From positions 1 to 64,000 of IMG/VR virus record IMGVR_UViG_3300031841_003798: a stretch of DNA of 64,000 nt; one strand, written 5' to 3'. How positions within the stretch are numbered: position 1 is the first letter of the stretch; every line of letters begins with the position of its first letter. This DNA comes from a virus. Below the pieces are notes generated by a model. That model saw only the letters and a list, made by a program, of their open reading frames with translations. It was not told where the DNA came from and did not search any database. A program made the translations under genes and the position numbers. This document shows, piece after piece, positions 45,778 to 54,467 of this stretch.

Positions 45778-47971
45778 GTTGCTGAGGGTTTAAAAGGTTA
45801 TGTAAGTAATCTCTGGAGTCATCTGAATTGACAACGGTGTCAAGTGCTTGACCTAACACCCTGCCACATGTAGTTCTGTTCATAATCTTACGTGCATTTC
45901 TGCATTGCGCCTTAATTTTCTTCTCACTAAATACCTGTCCATCAATAGTAACTTGATCGTCAGAGCACCAATCTCGGTATTTTAAGTCATGAAAACAAAC
46001 GAGTTTCTTACGTCCTTCTTCATGCATAACAAACCAATCGTGGTTACACGCTAACATCAACTTGTAAATAGCTCGATCTGTGTGCCGTTGAAATTCATTG
46101 GCACGCTTGATCTTAGCTGCAAGAATAGACTGTCGAGACCGACGATCATGTAGCTTCTGCAAGTGTTCTTCAGTCCAACAATGTGCACCTGCTTTTTGCA
46201 AGCGTTTAAAGTTGCCATCGGATACTATAAGAATGGTAACAGGTTGTACATACTCTGGCTCAAACGGAAACTGCTTAACAAACCGGTTCTGCATAACAAC
46301 AACACCAGGTTTCTTGATGTCTTTTACAGCCCACTCCTCTCGGTGACGATTACCGGTAGGTTGGTGAACCTTAACAGGCATCACTTCTTTGAGCATTTCT
46401 GCAGTCCACTTGCCGGTACGACCTGCGCCCCTGCGAGCTTTCATAGCTTCTTTACGCGCTTCAAGCCATTCAGCAGGAGGTTGAATATCCTTGTACCTAA
46501 CGCAGTGGTCAGTAACCCATTGCATAACGCTCTCAAGCACAAAGTCTGTAGCTTGCGCCACCATCTTCTGTTGATCATCAGTAGTATGTAAGTTTAGATC
46601 GCGGCGCCATACCTCTCGAATGAAAAAGCTAGGGTCGCGAGTGATACTTAGTACTGCTGCCTGTTCAGATGACTGATGCACTTCTGTATAGTATTCTTTC
46701 CAAACACCGGACAGTTGTGTATCAGAACTCTTGACTACAACAGTGTAGTTCTCGTAGCCATCACCTAAGACCAAGTCACGAATCATACTAATAACATTAG
46801 GTGACCGCCATTTGCCGGTATTGGTATGATACCGAGCAGAAACAGTGCACATCTGGTTCATTAGCATATTAAACCGGTCAAGCGATAATGCTTTAGGCCA
46901 TCCTTCCGCAACAGTCTTAACAGAAAAGTGCCGCTGCATAGCGCTATGACTACGTCCAAGTTTAACGGAGTGATTAGTGCCTGGGTAGACAACTACGCGA
47001 CCTCCAAGCTTACAGATTTGGCGCAAGTCTTTGGTGGGACTAGCTTGATCTGTACACCACTGTTCAGCCATGGCCGTAACATCGCAGTGCCTGTTGCGAA
47101 TCAACACTTTAGCATCGTCATTCAATTCGATACCTTCGCGAGACAAAGTTGGACTCAGCTCGCCAATATTGAATTTCAAAACATAATTACGATATTCACC
47201 GTAGTCTTCTCCTGGAATCTTGTATAGTACATCACCCAGTGAGATCATAGTACCATCGTGCTCAAGTAAACGGTTATCGTCTTCCTCGATCAGCAGGATA
47301 TTACCCAAATCAAGTACCTTAGGAATCTCGAACTCATGTTTAGCAGGTATATTAAACACGATACGATCAGCAAGAAGAATGAGCTGCTCCTTACAAGCTT
47401 GAACAAATCTTCGTTCGTCCTCCGCAGTGTTGATCGGAATCTTAATGATGGTACCACTCTCTGCGTATTCACAGTTCCGCTCGGAAACAAGCGTGCACGT
47501 GCGTTCTGCAGAGCTCTTCTCCATGAGGTAACTACGACGGATCCCGTCGACGAAAGTAATTACTTCAAATACAGGAGTATAAGCAAAGGGACTCTTAGCG
47601 CCGATGCCGAAACCACCGATCTGCTCGTTGGTGTCCCGTTTGGTAGAGGCGAAGTACTGCGTGAAAATGTTCTCAATGCGTTCTGGAGATATGCCTGGAC
47701 CCGAGTCCTGCACCGTCAGATAGCCTACTTGGTCGCTCATCGTCGGTTTTTCTTCGATGGTTACTACGACTTTGTTAGTGGAACTAGATTCTTTATTCGC
47801 GTCTATAGCATTAGATACGACCTCTCGAACGATCGAGCCGTATTTATCCTGGTATACAGAGTTTGACATCAACTCTGCAAGATGTTGGGCCGCGTCTGCA
47901 GCGAACCCCATGGTCATTTTCTTGCCTTGGACAGTTGACTCGTACTGTCTATTGCTGTGTTTTAGTTTCAT
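45770..47971 (-). CDS. rIIA: rIIA-like protein (GHKL ATPase N-terminus)
   Basis: VREVVSNAIDA, DSGPGIS, STKR, GGFGIGAKSPFAY; adjacent to rIIB. Confidence 0.85.
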   Translation of the reverse strand: MKLKHSNRQYESTVQGKKMTMGFAADAAQHLAELMSNSVYQDKYGSIVREVVSNAIDANKESSSTNKVVVTIEEKPTMSDQVGYLTVQDSGPGISPERIENIFTQYFASTKRDTNEQIGGFGIGAKSPFAYTPVFEVITFVDGIRRSYLMEKSSAERTCTLVSERNCEYAESGTIIKIPINTAEDERRFVQACKEQLILLADRIVFNIPAKHEFEIPKVLDLGNILLIEEDDNRLLEHDGTMISLGDVLYKIPGEDYGEYRNYVLKFNIGELSPTLSREGIELNDDAKVLIRNRHCDVTAMAEQWCTDQASPTKDLRQICKLGGRVVVYPGTNHSVKLGRSHSAMQRHFSVKTVAEGWPKALSLDRFNMLMNQMCTVSARYHTNTGKWRSPNVISMIRDLVLGDGYENYTVVVKSSDTQLSGVWKEYYTEVHQSSEQAAVLSITRDPSFFIREVWRRDLNLHTTDDQQKMVAQATDFVLESVMQWVTDHCVRYKDIQPPAEWLEARKEAMKARRGAGRTGKWTAEMLKEVMPVKVHQPTGNRHREEWAVKDIKKPGVVVMQNRFVKQFPFEPEYVQPVTILIVSDGNFKRLQKAGAHCWTEEHLQKLHDRRSRQSILAAKIKRANEFQRHTDRAIYKLMLACNHDWFVMHEEGRKKLVCFHDLKYRDWCSDDQVTIDGQVFSEKKIKAQCRNARKIMNRTTCGRVLGQALDTVVNSDDSRDYLHNLLNPQQHG

Positions 47972-48336
47972 AATTCATATTGTAATTGTGGATCTGGAAT
48001 CTCTGTGTTCATATACTCTGCTGCCCACTGTCGAATGTTCTCGATGTAGGTGCTGAATCTCTCTTTGGTCATCTCTGTAGTAGACATAATCTTCATGCCC
48101 AATACGACACCGTCTGACTGGATAGAGTCGGTCAGTGCAAAGTTGGCTTTGAGCCAGTTGTGCGTGTCGGTATAGGTAAGCGGGGCTGGGAGGGCACCGT
48201 CGATGATAGTGCTACGGTCCCACCCATGGTCAGTCAAAGTTGAGCAGACGATTGGAACTACGATCTTCCAATAGAATCTGTTCTGGGCTGAAGTGCGCTT
48301 TGTAGCTGGGGTGAGTTCGGAGTTCTTCTCGGTCAT
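47968..48336 (-). CDS. NinB/YbcN-like protein
   Basis: RTSAQNRFYW..STTEMTKERFSTYIENI..WAAEY..IPDP; start set at MTEKNS. Confidence 0.7.
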   Translation of the reverse strand: MTEKNSELTPATKRTSAQNRFYWKIVVPIVCSTLTDHGWDRSTIIDGALPAPLTYTDTHNWLKANFALTDSIQSDGVVLGMKIMSTTEMTKERFSTYIENIRQWAAEYMNTEIPDPQLQYEL

Positions 48337-48877
48337 CTTTTGTAATTCTATAAACGAGTTTGCGGTCCTCCAACCTCTCCACTGGGTGGTAGGAAAAGGC
48401 TGGAGCTTTAGTGATGTAGAAAATGTTGTCATCAGGTATGATATGCTGCGACACCAATGCGTCTTGGAAGCATTTGTGGTAGATCCACTGATTGTCCAAG
48501 TCCCAGTTCATGGCGCCGGGTATTGTGTATAACTCTGCTTCAATAGCTATAGGAAAATCGCATAATGGGTTACATTTGCGGAGAGCGTGTTCAAAGTGCT
48601 CTTTTAGCACAGACACGATCTTACTCCTCAGGTGAGGAGGCATATTACCACTATACAATTCCTGGCCGTTAATCTTCTTGATTCTCGGCTTGTTGATCGA
48701 TGCGGGGTTAGCGATAAGCGGCTTACCGTCTGCACCGAGTAACCTATTCTTACTGTCGTAGTTCTTGAACTTCTGGTACTTCTTAGGGATCTTACCACCC
48801 TTAGTGTAGTACTTAGCTCTACGACCTTTTGTGAGTTGGACGTGCGTTAAGTAATTAGGAATCTCGATTTCAACCAT
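48230..48877 (-). CDS. rusA: RusA-like Holliday junction resolvase
   Basis: WDLDN..K.FQDAL..IIPDDN motif; start at MVEIEIP overlapping primase stop. Confidence 0.75.
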   Translation of the reverse strand: MVEIEIPNYLTHVQLTKGRRAKYYTKGGKIPKKYQKFKNYDSKNRLLGADGKPLIANPASINKPRIKKINGQELYSGNMPPHLRSKIVSVLKEHFEHALRKCNPLCDFPIAIEAELYTIPGAMNWDLDNQWIYHKCFQDALVSQHIIPDDNIFYITKAPAFSYHPVERLEDRKLVYRITKDDREELRTHPSYKAHFSPEQILLEDRSSNRLLNFD

Positions 48878-49841
48878 TACGTAGTTTGTTGATCCATTGC
48901 TCGCAGTGATATGGCGAGGCGGCATAGAGGTCGGATAAATCCTTGGCTCCTTCTACGAAGGCATACTTCCATCCATACTGCTTGCGCCACTTGTTTGCGA
49001 ATCGTACTCCGGTATAGTCGTAGTCGTAAACAATAACAATACGCTTGAACCGGTTCTTCCAATCTAGGACATCCTCGTCATTAAACCTGAAGCTCTCGCT
49101 CTGTGGTGCAATAGCGGGGATACCATAGTCATGGAACAGCATTACGTCTTTCATACTCTTAGTCACCACGAGTAAGTCACCTGACTCGGGTAGCTGGTCT
49201 AGTCCTTGTATGGCATCTGTATTCTGGATGAATCGGTTGCCGGTGGAGAGAGGAAAGTAGAGTTTGAATCGGTTGTCACCGAAGCAGTAAGCAAAGCCTG
49301 GCTCGCTGGCCTTGTGTCGATAGACAGTCACGCCGTTGACTCGAGCTTGTTCTAGCTGTACCACTCGGTACTTGCGTAGCGTAGGCATATCTACGCCGAC
49401 TTTGTCCCAGAAACGCATACCCTCAAACCACATACACCATTTACCGTTATCAGTAACCGGCACAATCTCAATCTCAGCATTACCTGTCTTAGACAAGAAT
49501 CGTTCTGTATTGAGATGCGAGTAGTCCTTAGGAATAAACGTACCGCCGTTAAGATTAAAGTCTTGGATCACCTGGCGTAGCGTACCACGAAAGTCTAGGT
49601 TCAACACCATAGCGGCGACATCAAAGCAATCTAGACTTTCGGCTTTGCTAAAATCACGGAAGTATAGCTTGCCGCCCTTACTGTAGAAAAAGGCACACGA
49701 AGGATTGTTGTCTTCGCGTAAGGGGGATCTAAACTTTTCTTTGCACTGCACGGGTACGTTGAGATAGTACTCCATGATCTGCTCCTGCGGGATACGTTCT
49801 AGTACATAGTCCCTGTTCTGCTGAGGTCTGATTTCATACAT
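48870..49841 (-). CDS. dnaG: DNA primase (crAss-type DnaG/TOPRIM)
   Basis: FRSPLREDNNPSC, YFRDF, VVTKSMKDVM, APQSE, YDYDYTG, AKDLSD. Confidence 0.85.
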   Translation of the reverse strand: MYEIRPQQNRDYVLERIPQEQIMEYYLNVPVQCKEKFRSPLREDNNPSCAFFYSKGGKLYFRDFSKAESLDCFDVAAMVLNLDFRGTLRQVIQDFNLNGGTFIPKDYSHLNTERFLSKTGNAEIEIVPVTDNGKWCMWFEGMRFWDKVGVDMPTLRKYRVVQLEQARVNGVTVYRHKASEPGFAYCFGDNRFKLYFPLSTGNRFIQNTDAIQGLDQLPESGDLLVVTKSMKDVMLFHDYGIPAIAPQSESFRFNDEDVLDWKNRFKRIVIVYDYDYTGVRFANKWRKQYGWKYAFVEGAKDLSDLYAASPYHCEQWINKLRNG

Positions 49842-50242
49842 TATGCAATCTGTGCTTTTACCATTGCCTCTTCTGGAGACATCTCTGCTAAGTAACGACG
49901 GAATGCCTTTGGGTCAATAAGCATCATGTCTACCTTCTTTAGCTTGTCGTCAGCTACTGTCTGATTGTGCAACTGCTGCATGTCAAGCTGAGCCATAATG
50001 CTTTCATAGGCGAGCCGTGTATCACCATTGTACTCACGCTTAATGTGATGCCAACGGTTGGCTAATGATTTAGCACTGCGCTCTACACCAAACTTCTTGG
50101 TTAATAGTTCTGCAATCTCGACAACCTTCGGGTTGAGATCAGACAAGAACCAACCTGCCGTATTACGTGAGAATGCTTCTTTCTTCTTGCACTCCTCTAG
50201 AAAGAATGCGTCTTGTTCTAAAGTAAATTTTTTGTATCCCAT
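49841..50242 (-). CDS. Myb/SANT-like HTH protein
   Basis: KFTLEQDAFFLE..IAELL..RSAKSLANRWHHIK; start moved downstream of terminator. Confidence 0.55.
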   Translation of the reverse strand: MGYKKFTLEQDAFFLEECKKKEAFSRNTAGWFLSDLNPKVVEIAELLTKKFGVERSAKSLANRWHHIKREYNGDTRLAYESIMAQLDMQQLHNQTVADDKLKKVDMMLIDPKAFRRYLAEMSPEEAMVKAQIA

Positions 50243-50254
50243 AATATTTGAGTT

Positions 50255-50284
50255 AAAAGTAAAGGGGGCCCCGAAGGACCCCCT
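50255..50284 (-). terminator. Rho-independent terminator with cUUCGg loop
   Basis: AGGGGGTCC-TTCG-GGGCCCCCT-TTACTTTT on - strand. Confidence 0.85.
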
Positions 50285-50335
50285 CACCTAAGGTTTCACG
50301 TTAGCGAAACTCCGATACACTTTTGGTGTAACGAA

Positions 50336-50977
50336 TCAGAAGACGAGCCCTTCATCCTCTTCCCGTGTGGGTGCGAGGGGTTCAGGTTCAGCAGGTGTAG
50401 GTGCGTCAAACATATTGTCTAAGTCGGATGCACCTGCAGCAGCTTTAGGTTCAATACGATCGTACTTCGGGTGAAACGTAATCGTATTGGGTGTGCTCAT
50501 CGGCTGGATGAAATCATTGATTGCCCGCTTAGGGAATCGAGTGTAGTCCTTGTTGTTCAAGATCAGCTTGATACGCACGGGCACATCCTTGTACTTGTCA
50601 CCCATGTTATCAATCACTGCTTGAGCAAACTCTGCCCACGTGCTACCCTTGACTTGGATATCACGAAGCGGCATGTAGCAACTCATGATGTGCTTGATGC
50701 GCTCGGTAGTATCGCGCATAGTAGCTTCAAGCAACTCACGGTAGTCTTGACCCCAAGCCTGAGCGTTTTGCTTTACTCGATCAGGTTCAATCTCCCATTC
50801 GTTGTGTGTGAACTGGCGTCCACCTTCGTCTACAAATTCAAACTTCAGCACGTGGCTGCCCGTGCCGTCAGCTTTGAACGGCTCGTATGCAACGCGAGTA
50901 AGTTGAACATTCTCGTTTGTGCCCGCAGGCATCGGGTTGTACCCCCGCTTCAGGGGTGTATTGTCAATTTCAAACAT
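50336..50977 (-). CDS. Putative single-stranded DNA-binding protein
   Basis: Follows AAA gene; acidic tail ending EEDEGLVF. Confidence 0.6.
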   Translation of the reverse strand: MFEIDNTPLKRGYNPMPAGTNENVQLTRVAYEPFKADGTGSHVLKFEFVDEGGRQFTHNEWEIEPDRVKQNAQAWGQDYRELLEATMRDTTERIKHIMSCYMPLRDIQVKGSTWAEFAQAVIDNMGDKYKDVPVRIKLILNNKDYTRFPKRAINDFIQPMSTPNTITFHPKYDRIEPKAAAGASDLDNMFDAPTPAEPEPLAPTREEDEGLVF

Positions 50978-50979
50978 GT

Positions 50980-51651
50980 TTAATCAATAAAGATATTGTT
51001 CCATTTAAAGTCTAGGATCTGATCTGCAAGGTGAGGACAGCGACTGCCGGTCTGACTATTGTCGCTACCTGACTTAAAAGAAATCTTTAGATCGCCACCT
51101 TCTCGGAATACAAATCCGATCGCGTCGGCAGCGCTCATCAACTCGTTCTTCAGTTTGCCTGTAAGGTTTAACTCGTTCATGTCGATTACCTTGTTGTGGT
51201 CTTCGTCAACCACTGTACTTCTCTTAGTGTGTCCCACAACGATGATACCTTTCTCTGCAAACTCTTGCAGTTTCAGGATGGCTTTAACAACGGCTTCGCG
51301 TACAAGTGCAAAGCCCTTACCGTATTCCATATCACCAATTGTAGCCACACCGTTTTGCTTGCATACATATTGTTCAATCCAGCTAGCCAGATTGTCGACT
51401 GTATCTAACGCTATATACTCGTAACGGTTTTCACTTTTAGCCAAGGTCTGACTCAGCGCTGTGTACTCCGTTAGACTATTTACATGCACCTTCATGGCGT
51501 CGACGTATGCCGTACCATTCTCGGTGTCAATAATCAGGCAGTTGTCAAGCTCTGCAATCGTGCTTGTCTTCCCTGCCTTCGGTGCTCCATAAATTAAGAG
51601 ATACCCGGGGTCTTTCTTCGTTGCCGGGGTTTTGCTAGTAGGTAGTTCCAT
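50980..51651 (-). CDS. AAA ATPase (Sak4/AAA_24-like)
   Basis: YGAPKAGKT, IIDTENG, IALDTVD, GKG, VVGH, ADAIGF. Confidence 0.85.
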   Translation of the reverse strand: MELPTSKTPATKKDPGYLLIYGAPKAGKTSTIAELDNCLIIDTENGTAYVDAMKVHVNSLTEYTALSQTLAKSENRYEYIALDTVDNLASWIEQYVCKQNGVATIGDMEYGKGFALVREAVVKAILKLQEFAEKGIIVVGHTKRSTVVDEDHNKVIDMNELNLTGKLKNELMSAADAIGFVFREGGDLKISFKSGSDNSQTGSRCPHLADQILDFKWNNIFID

Positions 51652-52614
51652 TTAAGTATTGATTCTGTTGTCTTGCCATTCTAAGATTCTACCCTCATCA
51701 AGATGAGAGATAAGCCGCACATAACCCTGGGTTCCGTGTCGGTTCTTAAGTATGTGTAAAGCTACCAAATTCCTGCCGTTCTCAGTGATGGTAGGGACGT
51801 GGTGTTTTCCATATACTTCCAACCCTAGCAATGCAGGTTGGTGGACAACCAAGCATACATCGGTAGCATGGTACAGTTGCTTTGAACCGTGTATGTCGGT
51901 CTTGGTTGGAAAGTGCAGAGAGGCTGCACCAGGATCACGACGAATAGAACTTTCGATCTTGTCGTTCAACTGGCACAATAAAATGTTCATCGTGTTGAAC
52001 TCCTTACGGATTTGGATAAACATCTTGCCTAACTCTGCTAATGTTTGTACTTCATTCTCTCCGGGGAGAGGCTGAACAAGTAGGACGTGGTCCAGGGTGA
52101 CTACCAGGTTGTCATCTGGAAACCGTGCCTTCATCTTCTTGATCGTATTGTAAATATCGATTCGAGTACCGGGGGTCTCGCAGAAGTAGATAGGCTCAGT
52201 CTTGACCTTGTCTAAGTGTTGTTTGATTTGAGAGTACTGCTGAGGATCTAATGGTTTATCTGCACTAAGTAAATCTCTATACCCAATCCGTGTAGATGAG
52301 CTAAGTCTACGTAGGATTTCTACGCTTGCGCTCATCTCAAAACAGAAGTGTAACACCTTACAGGGGTGCTGTTGGGTGCGTGGGTTAATGAAGTCTTGTA
52401 GCAAGTTGTTGAGCATATAGCTCTTGCCGTGACCTGACGCGCCGCAAAGCATATAGGTCTGGCCGAACTCGAATCCGCCAAGTAAGTAGCGGTTTAGCAA
52501 ATCCCATTGCGTCTTAAGCATAACACGACTACCCGTCATAGACGAATAGATCTGTTGGTCTGCCTCACTGATCGAGGCTGCCATCTGACGAATAGGAAGG
52601 CTATCTGAGCTCAC
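51652..52614 (-). CDS. dnaB: Replicative DnaB-family helicase
   Basis: GASGHGKS, FEMS, LDHVLL, LCQLN, HILKNRHG. Confidence 0.9.
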   Translation of the reverse strand: MSSDSLPIRQMAASISEADQQIYSSMTGSRVMLKTQWDLLNRYLLGGFEFGQTYMLCGASGHGKSYMLNNLLQDFINPRTQQHPCKVLHFCFEMSASVEILRRLSSSTRIGYRDLLSADKPLDPQQYSQIKQHLDKVKTEPIYFCETPGTRIDIYNTIKKMKARFPDDNLVVTLDHVLLVQPLPGENEVQTLAELGKMFIQIRKEFNTMNILLCQLNDKIESSIRRDPGAASLHFPTKTDIHGSKQLYHATDVCLVVHQPALLGLEVYGKHHVPTITENGRNLVALHILKNRHGTQGYVRLISHLDEGRILEWQDNRINT

Positions 52615-53164
52615 GGTCTGCTGGTAAATCTATCACACTACTAGTACTTCTCATCTCTGCAAGCGCCTCCCATTGGCGAGAGTTGAACCACTTTTCAATA
52701 CCCATAGATATCTTGCGGTTCTTGACAGCCCATGTAAGCTGCTCCATTACCTCGGGGTGCATCCCGCGCTTAACTACTTTAAGATAGTAGAGCTTTTCTA
52801 ACTCATCTAAGTCGCAGTTGCGTGCAGGAACTTGCTTGCCTTGAATGTATAGCCACTTAGGAAACGCGGCTACAAACTCTTCTGCGCAAGCCCAAGAGCA
52901 CTTCATAGCAAACATCTCCCGACACTTCTCTGTAAGTTCGAACTGATCTAGCTTATAAGCGCCAGCATCATTCCAGTTATACAGATAACCGCGGTCTATT
53001 ATGTCGTGAAGTTCTTCTTTGGGCAGCACGTTATCGCTAATATCCTTTATCATGTATATCAGCTTGTACTTCTTTTCGTACAGTATTGCCAGAAAAGCAT
53101 ACTGTGATGGAGTGAGCTTCGCTTTGTGTAGAAACTCAATCCAACGTTCTAGGTCTATAGTCAT
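52601..53164 (-). CDS. Putative replication initiator/helicase loader
   Basis: N-terminal wHTH-like region, EEFVAAFP, KWFNSRQWE; directly upstream of DnaB. Confidence 0.5.
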   Translation of the reverse strand: MTIDLERWIEFLHKAKLTPSQYAFLAILYEKKYKLIYMIKDISDNVLPKEELHDIIDRGYLYNWNDAGAYKLDQFELTEKCREMFAMKCSWACAEEFVAAFPKWLYIQGKQVPARNCDLDELEKLYYLKVVKRGMHPEVMEQLTWAVKNRKISMGIEKWFNSRQWEALAEMRSTSSVIDLPADRELR

Positions 53165-54408
53165 TGGAAGAGGTCGAATGTTATCGCCTCTGGTTCGCCA
53201 ATGCCCGCCACTGTGTACAACAGGTCATCAACGCTCTTCAAGGCGATGGTGTTAACGGATGATTTCTGACGTGACCGTAGCCACTTTTCGTCTTGCGTGT
53301 CCTTTACGTAAAGGTTCACGATATAGCCTGTCTTTCCTTCTTGAAATCGGATAGCCCGACCGGTCCTCTGAATGTTCTGCCTCTCACTGGATGTACCGCT
53401 GCAGATTAACGCAAGCTCGACACCTGGTACGTCGAAACCTTCGTCCAATGCTTTAGCGGTGTTGATCACCCGTACATCTGACTTGTCATCTTCGAAGTTC
53501 TTCAGCGCGTTAGCACGCTGCCACTTCTGCATCTTACTGTTGTAGCTTGCTGACCATGGCGACGTCTGCCGTGTAAGCTCGTTAGCAAAGTCTACGCTTT
53601 CGCTAAACGTGATCGTCTTGAGGTCTAGCGCATCAATGATACGCTTAGCAGCTTCAAGCTTGGGAGGATAAGTATACAGAAACTTTTTGCGCGCTGCAAG
53701 GTTTCGGTTGAATTGTATAGCCCAAACTTTAACTGCTTCACTGCTAGTATGGTAGCGGCGTGCAATATTGTTGCATGCGTGAATGCTGGTTAAGCAATGC
53801 ATAGCAGTGTTAAAGTCGTGACCGAACTTAGAGAAGTAGTAGTTGAACTCATCGTTCATCTTCTTGTACTGCTTCTTGTAGTCATCGGTCATGACAAGCG
53901 GAACGTTGTATGTCTTGAAGTCGGAGACGTACCCTTCCTTTAGTGCTTCGGTTAGGCTGACTGTGTCAATCACCGGAGCATGATCGCGAATCAAGTAATC
54001 TTTACCATCCTTGCGCTCAAGGGTAGCGGTAAGTCCTAAGATCCAATCATAGGTGACTAGCTTGAAAATCTTGCTGAATACAGAGCTAGCGTAGTTATGA
54101 ATCTCATCAAGGATGAGGAGATCGCATTCGCGCTTACGCCGCACGCCCGTATTGATCACTACTACATCTACATTATGTAGGTGATGTTCTTCCACCTGCT
54201 TCTCCCATTGGAGCTTTAAGTGCTTGGTAGGAACAACAACCAAAGTGGTCTTGTCCGGATGCTGTTCGTTAGTCTTGGAAATGGCAAGGACTGCAGTGTA
54301 CGTCTTACCGAAGCCAGTACAAGCTTCTAACGTGCCCTTGCAGTCCTTGTCAACCCACTTGCGTAATATGCTTTTTTGTCTTGCAAGTCGTTTACTGTCT
54401 AGTGTCAT
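53161..54408 (-). CDS. SF2 DExH helicase (UvsW/XPB-like)
   Basis: TGFGKT, DEIH, GLTAT, LDEGFDVP, QRTGRAIR. Confidence 0.9.
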   Translation of the reverse strand: MTLDSKRLARQKSILRKWVDKDCKGTLEACTGFGKTYTAVLAISKTNEQHPDKTTLVVVPTKHLKLQWEKQVEEHHLHNVDVVVINTGVRRKRECDLLILDEIHNYASSVFSKIFKLVTYDWILGLTATLERKDGKDYLIRDHAPVIDTVSLTEALKEGYVSDFKTYNVPLVMTDDYKKQYKKMNDEFNYYFSKFGHDFNTAMHCLTSIHACNNIARRYHTSSEAVKVWAIQFNRNLAARKKFLYTYPPKLEAAKRIIDALDLKTITFSESVDFANELTRQTSPWSASYNSKMQKWQRANALKNFEDDKSDVRVINTAKALDEGFDVPGVELALICSGTSSERQNIQRTGRAIRFQEGKTGYIVNLYVKDTQDEKWLRSRQKSSVNTIALKSVDDLLYTVAGIGEPEAITFDLFQ

Positions 54409-54467
54409 ATGTGTTTATTTAATTCATTACTTCTCTGTATGGTTTTCACTTTTAGACCATAGCTAGA

